Positions 37,071-49,965 of a stretch of DNA of 64,000 bases are shown in pieces; the stretch's first letter is position 1; each line of letters begins with the position of its first letter. Under the pieces are notes generated by a model. It saw only the letters and a program-made list of their open reading frames with translations. It was not told the origin of the DNA and ran no database searches. The DNA is taken from contig JAYWIR010000011.1 of assembly GCA_036172245.1 (NCBI GenBank), positions 3,038,001-3,102,000 of the forward strand, written 5' to 3'. This DNA is from Raillietiella orientalis (taxonomy: Eukaryota). The position numbers and the translations under genes were made by a program.

Positions 37071-39447
37071 TTTAAAAAAAAAAGAGGGGTTCGTAACGTT
37101 GTGAGATGGGAGAAGCATCTCTCTCACCTTACATGAAAAGAAAATCATCTAGTTATTAAAATTCGACGTTTCAAGTTCTAGTGATCTTTTTCCCTAAGAT
37201 AACACTGCTTGCATCCGTAACACGTACATTAGATGACGATATTAGAAAACAAACTCTTTGATGATTTCGCCCGCTTCGGTGGTTCATTTTAACAGGAAGT
37301 TCCTGGCCTGGTAGCTCTCTGGTTCGTACCATGCTTTGAAAAAAAGTGGAAGGAGAAAAAAAAGATTCGGAACATACCGTGGGAGGGATCCGTAGGGAGA
37401 TCAAGGGAACGAAATCAGAAATGGGATCAGGACCCATCAGCTTCGTTTGACTGACCTTTGATTCACTAATGGCCGTGGGATCGGAGTAAAACGTTTTCTT
37501 TAAGGCACATCACTGCTGGTGAGGGATATGTGGGATGTAAATTTTAGAGGTTAGGTTGAGATTTGAGTTTTTTTTTTGTTTTATTTTTAAACGAGTCAAT
37601 CAGATTTTTATGTGATGACATGGAGGTATTATCTTTAGAATTTCATGAAAAACAACTTGTAAGGAGTGGATGATGCTTTTGCAATTTTTTATGGTTTCTT
37701 TGCATTTGGCTTTACATATACTTTATTTTCAAATGAGATAATCAACATTTATTTCGCAGTATACGTATATGTACATTAACTATTATTTAATTAAATTTTC
37801 TATTTAACACCTGATATTTGGTGTAGCATTTATAATAGCAACTTGGAAGTTTAGAAAATATGCTTTGAAAAATTTAAAACCCTAAATGTTTCGATTGATA
37901 ATAAATAACTAACAATCTATAATATGGTAAGGATGTCTGTGTTTAATACAAAGGTGAAAAGCGAATACGCGTCTATTAATCAAAAGGAGATGAGTTCATT
38001 TTTTTTTTTATTCCTGAAAATGTTTCCTACTAGTTGTATGGGAACGCTTTGAAGTTCATATAAAAATCGAACTGCACAGTTCAGGAAGAACCTTTTGTTC
38101 CCAGCAGGGAGTTAATCGCTTAATTACATTCATCACTTTGCTCAGTTACCTTTATACGCCACTTAAAAGCAGGATGGTGGGAAAACGAAGATCCCAGCAG
38201 TTATCATGAAATTGGTGTGATCCAGAAATGGGGCCGGCCCTTAATTGCATGAATGTGCATCAAGCAGTCTTCGTGCGAACAATACATACCGAGGCTGATT
38301 CAGGAGTTTTAGCACAAATTAGGGTAGAAGGGGCAAACTGAACATTCGAGAAAGGTGGCTTCGTGGTAGGGGAGAAAGTTTCAAGAAAGTTGCCATGATT
38401 TGCTTTTGAAAGTACGGTGAATGCAGGGAGGGGCAGGTTATCTACATTTAAAAACCACATTGCTCCAGATAATAGCAGATGAAGAGTGAGTCGCTTGGGT
38501 TGGCACCCATGCTTGATAAGCGAGCTGCAAGTTTTTAGATCTACTATCAAGACAATCAGTACAAGACAAAACCTATAAGATTTTGAACACGCTGAAAACC
38601 GAAAATTTGTAAGAAAAAAATAAAATAAAATAAAATGTAATCCTTTGGGAAAGAAAAAAAAAGCAGCGTGAAGACGCCGCCTTTTGTGCACAGAGGTGCT
38701 CATTGGACTGCACTCCGTGTTGAGAATTTCGAACGAAGCCGGCACGCAAAAATTGGGGTTCCTTGAACTTTTCTGTTCTGTTCAGATTAACTCTGTGGTT
38801 CTCTACGCTTTGTTCTGAATTCCCAGGCACCTTCCTTCCGTCCGCCCTATCCGTAATTGAGGGCGGCCTCATTGGGCTGCATGGAAAAAAATCATTGCTT
38901 GCCCCTCACCCTTATTTAAAAACGAATGCTCGCGGCACCATCTTCATGACCAAGGCCGTGTCGCTGCACAGTATCGCGGTTCCAATGTGTCCACCATGAA
39001 CAACGAAACACTAAAAAGGAAAATATGAAATATGTTTGTAATTTATACTTGCATTTGTGTCCACGTTCTTTACAACCACAGTGGATACCGAGAACGTCGG
39101 ACTTCTTCCGACTTTGGTTAGAGTTGTGGATCCTGCGACCCTTGAAAGCAGTGAGCACCCTACCACGAATAAGTAGCAAGGGGATCATGAGTTTATCCCG
39201 TTTCGTGGCCTGGTGGGCTGGTGTTGTACGTGTCCCTTACGGAAATCCTCTGTACCTGGACGAAAAAAGTTTCCGTGACACCGTGCATCTTTTTTTCCGC
39301 AAAGGGGACTGCAACTTTGAAAGGTTGCCGAATCGCGGCGCAGTTTGCTGATTCTGACCGATACACCATCGAATAGAGCAGCAATTATTTGCTGCGACTC
39401 TGTGCTGATTGCAGTCCAGATATTAATGTGAAAACTCTTGCTTTCAG

Positions 39448-40440
39448 ATTGTTTCGGGAGCATCAAGAAATCCCAAAGAAGCAGTGCTGTGCATTTTGCT
39501 ATTCCATACTATGACCATACAGTGCGCTGATGATTCCCTCAATCTCGTTGGTTATTCAGTGAATGTCCTGAAAGAGTTTGGCATCCTAAGAAACAAAATT
39601 CGTGTGTTTCCATCAGTGATTAATGAATCGGTTGTCGATGAGTCGGAAAAAATCATCCATGTGGCTCCGGAGGTTAAAGTATTCCAAGACTCCCTGGATG
39701 GCAATTTTCATATTGATTTGTGTGATAGCACACGAGACTTGCTGGACAAATACTTTGAGCACATTAAGATGGAAGGTGTTAATCAGTCTTGGAAAGCCTT
39801 TGCCATTGACTACCAAAGCTCCAAGCTCGAACTGCAGTTTGGACTCGATAGACGATACTTCAATGCAAATTATGCTTTCATTCTGGTGCGAATGTATAAA
39901 CCGAAACGCCGTTACGAGCTGCCTGCCTTCTTACCAATGGTGAACGTATTCGATGATTATATCACCTACAGCAATAAAACTTCCGCCAAGTTGACCCTAG
40001 AAAAGTTTGGAACTCATGTTATACAGACTGCCGTAATTGGAGACATTCTATATCAATTATACGTGTACCACAGTGAGCAGTATGGGATAATCAAAGCAGC
40101 ATTCGCAGGAAATAAATATGAAAGCGCTGGTTGGCGTCAGTTCTTCACCCCGAGATATACTCTGGCTATTGGAAGGCTGCGCCTTCTGAGTAATAGTCCC
40201 CATTTTAGCAATCTGACAAAGTATTTGACTGTTCCTTTGCTCTGGTTCCAAAGCTATGAAAGCATTTTCCAACTCATGGAAAGGACTGACTTGTTGGAAA
40301 AATTCGAGAAACTTCCTGGAGAAGCTATCATTGGCCTTCACATGACTGAAATCTCACGTCTTGTACTTGATGATGATAAACGAAAGTGGTTTAGCAACAT
40401 CCTCCACAACCTCCTGCGTCTCTATGAATTCAATGCTTAG
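39448..40440 (+). CDS. tsl: Torso-like MACPF protein (main exon; start probably in an upstream exon)
   Basis: Hydrophobic leader, GYSVNVLKEFGIL...RVFP, DGNFHIDLCD...LLDKYF, WKAF, FILVR, MACPF signature FGTHVI...GDILYQ; TTTCAG acceptor at 39447. Confidence 0.8.
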   Translation: MVSGASRNPKEAVLCILLFHTMTIQCADDSLNLVGYSVNVLKEFGILRNKIRVFPSVINESVVDESEKIIHVAPEVKVFQDSLDGNFHIDLCDSTRDLLDKYFEHIKMEGVNQSWKAFAIDYQSSKLELQFGLDRRYFNANYAFILVRMYKPKRRYELPAFLPMVNVFDDYITYSNKTSAKLTLEKFGTHVIQTAVIGDILYQLYVYHSEQYGIIKAAFAGNKYESAGWRQFFTPRYTLAIGRLRLLSNSPHFSNLTKYLTVPLLWFQSYESIFQLMERTDLLEKFEKLPGEAIIGLHMTEISRLVLDDDKRKWFSNILHNLLRLYEFNA

Positions 40441-41899
40441 GGCAAGATGTGAAGTTTCGGCACTCAGAAATGAAGAGTGACTGCATCCCTGATTAACACT
40501 GACCTATGCTTGCACCGGTTGTGTCCAAATCTGGATTTCGGAGAGATCTCAGCAGAAACATGCACTGTGGTTTCCATATTCTAAAACAGATAACCCATTT
40601 CATAATCGCACAGAAATTTATCGCATACATATTGTTGATTATAATAAAAAGAAAATCTTGAGCATTTCAGGACACGAAAGCAACCTCATTATAAAGAATG
40701 CAACATAGTCGGCAAATATATAATTAGAAAATGGAATTTGACTTGTTACAAGGAGAATGCCCATTGAGAATTCTTCCAGTGTCACCTTATTTTTTTTTTG
40801 GGGGGGGGGGGGGGGGGAGTCTATTCAGATCATATTTTCATTGCAAGTTTGTGCTGTTATATGTAATATCATGTAATATCAAGAGCAAATCAACCATGGA
40901 CGATGTTTTAAAGGAAACTTTGAGCAAAGAAGGAATGCCACATGACAACGAAAATCCTAACGTGATTGTCAGTGATAGTCTACGATGAATAAATTGAGTT
41001 CATTACCATTCCTTTCCAGTTTCTTCAAGCCATTATATTCCATTACTTGAAAACTTTCAGTATGCATCCCTAAAAGATGTCTTCCCCCATTTATCAAATA
41101 GATAAAAAGTACGTTCCTATAATCCTTTCCTCTTTCCACTCGAATCGCACATCCAACGAATCAAATGTCGTTCCTTTGCACTGAGATTTTTTTCTTCCCC
41201 GTGTTAACTACCGTCTCGGGAGTTATTCCTTTGGTTTTTTTCTCAGTGTTTGAGCATTCTCCGTGTTTCACCACGGCCCCACTATGCCATTTTGTGTTCG
41301 TAACCTTTACTGTTTTTAATTCCTTGAGCTTCATGCAGCATGTTTATATAAAGTCCGAATCTGGACTTCATGGCTTTGCTACATAAGGATGCCGTTAGCA
41401 GTAGGTGTTGATAGTTAGCTGAGCAAACAAGCATTGAGGTTAAGTAATACGGCTCCTTATTTTAAATTCAGTATGAACTTGGATATTCATAATTGTTAAA
41501 ACGCAGCTCGCTTACTTAAGATTTATACTTATGTATTGTTTTGATGGAATACAACTTTTTGTTTTGGTTCGTTAAGTTTAAATATAGGTCATTTGCGTAA
41601 ACTGTACAAATTCCCATAACGACATGCACTTCAGGCACAAATTCTAATTTTGAATTGCAGTGTGCCTTTTTGCGAGGCTTCCTTTTGCTGGCCACCTTAG
41701 GATGCATAGAAGCACCTGAAATTTTTCAGATCAATAATCACATCACCAAAGTAGGCAAGCAATTAAAAATTGGTGGGAAAACGATCCCAGAGGGAAGTTC
41801 AGAGGATTCATTTTACAAAAATGTGGGAACAACCATGTGAACATGAATTGTCAACTAACACAAATGGTTGCTTAAAGTAATTTCATATATCTGCTAGGT

Positions 41900-42790
41900 G
41901 AAAATTCGTTATTACATGAATTTGATCAAACAGTACTTTTGTCATTGCAAGTAAAAATCACTGCGATTTTCAAGAAATCAGACTCTTCAGGTTGTCTTTC
42001 AGTCCGAGACGTTTTCCACGATAGTGAGGAAGCACTTTACCACAAATTGGAACTTCTGGCTTAATGATTCTGCTTCATCATCATTCCGTTGATCAAGCAA
42101 ATTTCAAAACAAAACATTCCGAAAAAAAAAAGACACTTCAAATTGTAAATTTGATTGTCATAGTATTCCGCCTCTAGAAAAAATTACACATTTACGAGTG
42201 TAATCGCTAAATACCTGCGAAAACACAAGGAACTAATCGTCCTTAAACAAAAGAAATTTGAAACAAATACAGTAAGTAATATTAAGATCATAAGTCATTT
42301 ATTTTTGGTTTGCTAATTTCCTTTCTTCCATACGGTGGTCGAAGTTTCAAGGAAATACGGCAGCAACATGCGTTGATAATAATGTATGTGATATTACTAT
42401 CGGTCAAGAACGGATGTTCTTTCTCTTGACACTACTACTTATTCTTCATGAAGATATATGTACACAGTTGTAATAATTACGAACTCTTAGCCATCATTAG
42501 CTTCGAATACATTTCTCCTGACGCTTCATTTTGATGGCACTCGTTGATTCAAAACACTACTTGTACGTGCACGGCTATGTTTTGCCAAGATAATGAAGTT
42601 CACAAGGCAAAATTTCAGAGTTGGTAAGTTGCCCATGGCTTCCAGCAATTTGGGTGCATTTTCGAAAACGTAAAAGTAATCCATTTAACCGAAGGAAAGG
42701 CTGAAATGGGAAAACTGCTGTGTGTGGAGAGAGGTTACTTGGCATTCCTACGATCTCGGAAATACCTACTGTTTCCCCACTCATTAGAAA
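41900..42790 (-). mobile_element. pogo/jerky-like transposase remnant
   Basis: FLRLNGLLLRFRK (F.ASNGWL.RFK-like) and QIYN remnants; boundaries approximate. Confidence 0.35.
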
Positions 42791-45759
42791 TCGGAGGAAT
42801 TGTCAAGATCAAACTTTCATTTTGTTTTCATGATCCGTTTTTTCCTTTTTTTTTTTTTCATTGAACCATCCACATATTAGGGTAACTAGTTAGCAGAACG
42901 TTTAACACAATGCTTATGGATACATTATAAAAAAAAAAAAAAATTTGGAAACATTGTTAACATGATAAGGGACATGCTTCGATAAATAGAACGCAATGTT
43001 AAAATTTATTTAGGAAAATAATTGATATTTGTAATTTCACGTCATAATTTAGGTGATTCTGTAAAGCCCCCCCTCCAATGAGGGAAATCTATTCGTTTGC
43101 ACGAAATACTTTCACGACGAAGTGACGATGATGACGGCGCGCTCCTCGCACTCCGCGTGTGGAAAAGGAATCTCCTCCGTTGCCATGCCTCCGCCTTCCG
43201 ATCCTTCGTTTGTTTTCGAATCTCCACTTCAACGTCCTCCCGAGCGGAAGTTCCAAACGCAGCTCCGTGTCCGGAAAAAAACCAAACTGCGTCTGCGGCG
43301 CGACCACCCCAAAGTGGGGGAAGGCGACGGCTTGCACGGCTCCCCCCCCTCCCCATTATAGGTCAAGCGGGTGAGATGAGAAGAGTTCGAGGAGTTCCTA
43401 CTCGGCATTTGTGCGTCCACGTGGTGTGCTTTCTTGGGGGTCGAAGTTGTCCCGTGCTTTCGTTGACTTTTGTTTCATCAAGCCAAACTTTGCCAACTTT
43501 GAAAGTACGGATTTAGAGGTATGCCTAACAAAACTGCGACGTTTTGGTGTGGACGTTTGGTGGTAGTGAAAACGTAACGCGCGCTCGAAGAAACAAAAAC
43601 AAAAAAAAAAAGTGTGTGTATCGTATCTGCTGTTCCCATATTCGGAGTTTGAGGTTGAGACGATTAGCACTTTTTCCCCACAATTGTTCCCATTTTTTTT
43701 TTTTTTTTTTTGTCTGGTAAGAGTAATTACGGATGTTTGCTCGTCAAGCACCTGCCTAGGAACGTATCCCATATTTGCATACCAAGTTGTACTGTACAGA
43801 AGGACATTAAGAAGTATGCACAAATATAAATGCATGTTCACTCGTGAATGAATGCTCAAAGTACGGAAACAATTGTAATTATTATTACCAGACATTCATT
43901 CTTGTCTGTTGTGGAGTCTGCTTACATGGTAGTCATTTTGTAAAAGTGTTTGTTGAGCATTGGAAATGCAGACGCAATTAGCACCAGAATGAACTCCAAT
44001 GGAGCGATGTTTAAATATCAAAAAAACTATGCTGTTTCTTCACGTCGTTGTAAATACTCCACACCATCACACGCCCATGTAGCATCCTTGTTTGCAAGTT
44101 CCATACTCCAGTGATTTTCGTTGGAAACTTGTAGCCTTAGTACCCATGATTCAATTAATCTGTTAAACGTTTCCCGGTACAAGTGGTTATTAACTCGTCG
44201 GGCTTCACTTGGCGGAAAATAATGACGAAATAGAATAATGATGGTATTGTTTGCTGCAGCCATAATTGATGCCCTTAAGGGCATGATTTTCAAAACTTAA
44301 AAGTGATCCTTGTTTTGTTCATACGTAGTGTGGTCATCATTTCACTGATTGTGAATTGGGAGCCTAGATCGTCAAAGTATGTTTGTTTTTCTATCACTGG
44401 TATGTGTACGGATTCATTATAATTTTTAGACAAAGTAAATCGTAGGCAGAAAGTGGGCCATTTTATGTTTGTTAGAAAACATTGTAAGTTTTGAATTAGA
44501 GACCTATTTTGATGTGGCTCATCACTTCTTGCACTAATTATGATTACATTGATGATAAAAATAAGTGTTCCATATCAATACATGTTTGCTATTCCTCCAA
44601 AAATGCTGAAGTTTTAAAATAGGTGAAGATAGTTTGTATGTGTGTGTTGGGAGGGGGGGGGATAGAATTATGAATCATTGTGAGGAGTTTATTTGGGTAA
44701 AGTACATAAACCATTTGATAGAAATGAAACATCGTTTAGCCATTACAGAACACTATGTGATATAGCACGATGACCATTTTTGTGTTTCATATCCTTAGTC
44801 AGTAAAGATTAAGATGTCTCTTAAGCGGAAAAGTCCAAATAAGGGTTTCCATGGGAGCATTCAAAGTTGTAACCTTTTTCCTAAAAAAAAGGAAAAATTA
44901 CAGAAAATTACTTTTGCAACATTTATTGTGAATCATAATTGTTTGTACATTCTTTAATTTAAGTATTCTGACTAAAGCATTATCTTTCCTTATTTGTGAA
45001 CTGGTCGAAATTTAGGGAAGTGATATTTTACTTTCATCTGAGATGTTGTCATTAAGTGAATATATGTTTGAATACCCGAACTTTCGATTAAATGTAATGG
45101 CTGCAAAGCATAAAAGCATGGCTCCATTTCACTGAAATTTGATTTTTATTGTGTCAATTTTTTAAGAATTTATGTCTTTTATTTTGTAATTTGTTTTGTA
45201 GTATGGGCCAAATTAAGATTTTACTTGAATGCATGAAAAATTTTCAAGAAATACTTTATCATTTTTGTCCATTTTTAGATGAGTTGAGTAATTGTTTGAG
45301 TTAGTAATTGTCAAATGTCATTTCCAGGGTAGTCAGATATCAATCAGTAACATGCCCAGGTCATCAGTTATTGAAGATTCATCTAAGGAAAAATGCACAA
45401 AACAAATTTAAAATGGATTTATCAATTATTTTTTACTTCAGAAGTGAATTGAGAAATATTGAAAAATCCTGTGCAAATTTGTTTAGACTAAGAACTTATT
45501 TAAATAATGAAGGAAGATTACTTGCAATAACAGTGTTGGTATCTGCCTGTTTGGTCAATTGCATTATTGACAGACTCAAAAGAAAGTGTATTACTTACTT
45601 AACATGTGCATGCCACAATACAAAGCAAAGAGTGAAAAAACAGAACTTGTATTGTGAATCCTAAACTGACTGGTATCTCACAAAAAGTGCTATAAAGGTA
45701 TTGAATGATGCTTAATATCATCATGAAAGACAATAATAATGTGTATTTCAGAAATCAAA

Positions 45760-46632
45760 ATGATGAAGGATGCCATAGCTATGGCTGCATTTCAGCACAA
45801 CATGGCTTTTGTGTGTAACAGGTTTTCACAGCATCCTTCTGATGAAGGAGTATCAGAGGAATGCTGGCCTGAAAATGTGGAGGAAAGGATTACCTTTGAA
45901 AGTTTAATTTGTTCAAGTCCATTGGTTGATTCAGCTGTGCACTCCCATCTTCATGGATCAGAGAATAGAGAAGTAATGCCTATAGACCTTTTGTAACTTG
46001 TGGTTTTGCAGAGGATCTGTTGTAGTGCTCAAGATGAGAATCCTAAAGAAATGAGCCCCTCTCATTCTCCACTTTCTTGCGATGTACAAGACCATGCATA
46101 TGATGACAGTAGTTTGTCTAATGTGGCTAGTAGTTCATCATCTGAGGAAAGTTGGCTGGAAGATGATGTTTATAGTCCTCTTAAAGAAAGTACTTGTAAG
46201 AACCCCATAATCCAGCACATTCTTGGTTTGTCATCATCCCCTACTGAATCATCTTTAGTGAGTATTACAAATGAACAGGAATTTCAGTTTCTTAGATTGA
46301 CTTCATCGCATCAGCAGATCCTGTGTCAAATGTGATTCCACAAGAAACGAAAATAAACGTACAAACGTCTGTAAAAACGACGCACAAAAAAGTAAGTGAT
46401 GTGAAACAGTTTATGATATTTTTTTTTGGATGTTTAGGTACATTTTGCAGAAGATCATCAGTTATGTACCGTTTATGAAATAGAAAAAAGTGATCCATCA
46501 GATGTTTGGGAATCCCTGACAAATCACCTTCGGTTCCAGTGTCGGGTTGCTAAAACTGCTAAGCTGATTGAGCCTATATTAACACATGCCCATCGTCAAA
46601 AGATTTATTCACAGCTGTATGAAAGGAAATGA
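45760..46632 (+). CDS. PPP1R15: PPP1R15 (GADD34/CReP)-like PP1 regulatory subunit; exons 45760-45972, 46012-46257, 46296-46391, 46438-46632
   Basis: Acidic Ser-rich region then KKVHF (RVxF) and WESLTNHLRFQCRV...IEPILTHAHRQKIY; phase-0 GT-AG introns; start codon uncertain. Confidence 0.75.
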
Positions 46633-46742
46633 ATGCATGAGAACATTTTGAGCTGTTTAATATGAAATAAAGATATTTTAGTCATGATGGAGTATTTTCT
46701 GAGATTCCTTAATAACTATGTTGCAGGCCTAAATTAGGATTA

Positions 46743-48475
46743 ATGCAAGACTTATATAATGAAGGTGCCCCTGTGGGGCTGTTGCAATTGAATGATTGCA
46801 AGGCTGGAATGGATGGTCTTGACAAGGAGCACATCAACAAAATCATACAAAGTGCATCCTTGGGCTCTCGATATTTCCAGCATCAAGAACTGTGTCAAAA
46901 ACGATTGAACGAGCGTATCAGTAAAATGTTAGCACATAAAGCACAACTGAAAACAAGTGATATTAAAGAAGCAACTCTTGCAGTAAGTCCAAAAACACAT
47001 GTCCCCACCTTTCTATGTGCTCTAGGTAGATCAGTTGGTAAAGAAACTTGAAAAACGACGCCAGACACACCATGTAATTGTTCATGTAGATATGGATGCA
47101 TTTTATGCAGCAGTAGAAATGCAGGACAATCCTGCACTGAGGTATAACATATATGTGGCTATTGTCATCTGATGTGGTTTGTAATTAATGTCAGAGATGT
47201 TCCTATGGCTGTTGGCAGCAAATCCATGCTCAGTACATCAAACTATGCTGCAAGAAAGTTTGGAGTACGGGCTGCCATGCCAGGTTTTATAGGTCTGCGC
47301 CTTTGCCCAAATCTAATCATTGTTCCACCCAACTTTGAAAAATACACCCGTATTAGCAGGAAGATTCGACATATTTTCCGTTTATACGATCCTAATTTTT
47401 GTCCACTATCACTGGATGAAGCCTATTTGGACATAACAGCTTACATGGACCAGCATAATATTCTACAGCCAGATGAAATAGTAACGGAGATCCGTAACAA
47501 GATTTATGAATGCACGCAATTAACTTGTAGTGCTGGTAAGTCTTTCTCGAGATGAGAACGAAATAATAATACCCTTTGTTGGTGATAGGCATTGCTTGCA
47601 ATACTCTATTGGCTAAAATCTGTTCAGATAAGAATAAGCCAAATGGGCAGTTTTGCTTGCCTGCAGACACGAAGTCCATAAGTGATTTCTTAGCTGATTT
47701 ACCAATTCGAAAAGTTCCTGGTATAGGCAAGGTGACAGAGCAGCTGTTGCAAGCACTTAATATAAGTACATGTGCTCATCTGTGGGAAAACAGATACTGG
47801 CTCTACTTGTTATTTTCAAATGGAACTTTCACTCATTTGTTAAAGATTGCAATGGGAATTGCTGGAGTTGATGTTGCTAGCTGGAACCAACAAGAAAGAA
47901 AAAGCATTGGTGTTGAACGTACATTTCATGACTGCCATCGAGCAGAACATTTGGAATCTATATGTAGAGAGTTATGTATACAACTGGCTCAGGAGATGCA
48001 AGATGATCATATCATGGGTCATGCTGTTGTAATCAAGTTGAAAACTAGTACATTTGAGATCAAAACTAAAATCCGCCATTTATCTGCACCCACAAACAGT
48101 GCTGAGCAAATTTTCAAAGGTGCATGGGAATCACTAAAACAGCAACTCCATCAAAAAAAATGGAAGCTGCAACTAAGACTTCTGGGAGTTCGAATGTGTA
48201 ACCTCACTTATGCCAAAGATGCTTCAATGGCAAATCACACAATTGCAAACATGTTTTGCATCCAACATGAACACAAAAGTTCAGACAGTAGTTCCAGCAG
48301 TGACTTCATCTGTCCTGCATGCAATCAATATAAGACGGATAGTTTACTTGAACTTAACAATCATTTAGATCTCTGCTTAAACCAATCTCTTATTCAAGAA
48401 TCACCTGCAGAAGATTTTCGCTCAGCAATTTCTAGAGCAAAACAACAAAGAACCCTAACGTATTATTTTAAATGA
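46743..48475 (+). CDS. POLK: DNA polymerase kappa; exons 46743-46982, 47026-47141, 47195-47535, 47589-48475
   Basis: N-clasp KAGMDGLDKEHINKII, HVDMDAFYAAVE, STSNYAARKFGVRAAMPG, SLDEAYLD, UBZ CPAC..NHLDLC, C-terminal PIP-like QRTLTYYF. Confidence 0.96.
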
Positions 48476-48492
48476 TAGAGAATATAACTGAT

Positions 48493-49965
48493 TCAGGTGC
48501 CAATATTGTCTATTGGTTGCAGATTTAATATTTTCAGCACTGCCTCCTTATAAGCCTGCATACTGCTTTCATCCTCTGAAAATAAACCATTAGTTACCTT
48601 CCATTATCCAAGACCACACCTTTCAAATACAAATCTTTCAAGCTCTTTGCATAAGCCTTAACAGGTTCACAATGCAGAGCTTCTTCTAACTTTTTTCCTG
48701 ATGCAAAATGAGTAGAATCACTCAGGGATATGTAGCTGCACAAAAGTTTCCTAAGACGCTCCTTGTTGGGACTTTGATCCCATACAAACTGCTCCATATC
48801 CTCGTAAGTTTTTTCTTCTTCCCATGGTTCCATTTTCTATTTTAATTGAAAACTGCGTGAACAAATTAATGGAAAAAAACAGGTGTGCACATATACATCA
48901 GACATCAACTTGGATAGATATAACAGGGCAATATCATCCCATATAATATGACACCACTTACCTGACTCTCAAAATGCAAGACAGTTAATAGATAAATAAG
49001 ATAATCGTAATTCTGCTGCCTTAGGGGGCATCGATCAGCTACCAATGTTAAAATGTCATGTTGAGCATCATAACGAGTTCCCACTAATCGTTTTATCTTA
49101 TCTAAGGCATGTTCATCTAGTTGTAACTTAGACAAAGGTAACTAATATCAGTGGAAGAGAATATGAAAGAAAGGTTACATTCTTACTCGCAAGATGACAA
49201 TTCTACTACGTGGGTCACGAATGGTAGGGGCTGAGTGGACATAACTAGAAGTAATGATTTCCAGTGGAAAAAGATCGGTAATTTTTTCATCTGTGTGTAG
49301 TGCTTCTGGCCACTTAGTACAAAACTCTAAAATTCCAGATAGCTTATCATTTTGAAAATTAACTACACCAACGTTTTAGAGCTTCACAGTGTCGTTTCAC
49401 AGCAACAGGAGTGAGATGCAAAAAGTTTGGAATCTTCATTAGTTCTGCATTAGCAAATTTCCCAGGAACTACATTTTTCTCTGGTTTGCTGATGAATCCT
49501 TGATGTAATGGAAGTGGTACAACAGATGGATGGAAAGTTCTATCTGTAGGCCACACTGACATCCAGTCTTGATTTACATGCATCTTCTTGTACCTGGGAA
49601 TTGCTTTTTAATACATGGAACACAATTACTACACACCTGGGAGGTGCACAGGGCGGAGTTCTTTTTACTCTCCTTTCCATTTTGTCAGACTTTCTTAGAA
49701 GTTGCAACACACGGAATTTAGTGGTGGTACGACCATCACCTGAAAGAAAACTTGCAACAATATCATGCTTTTATAAAGGAGGAAACCAAAATCAAAAGTA
49801 ATTATCAGTATGTTCACTTTGTTGACCCAGATATGTGGTTTCCCATACTTCATTACTTTCCCTAATACCTTCATGCTTTTCGGGAGCCGCTGCCTCGGAA
49901 ATCGTACACAAGTGTTTAATTTCTGTTCTCAATGTGCTATAATTTATTCTGAATAAGGAACACAT
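48493..49965 (-). CDS. MRPS35: Mitochondrial ribosomal protein S35 (multi-exon)
   Basis: [66 protein letters not shown]. Confidence 0.93.
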
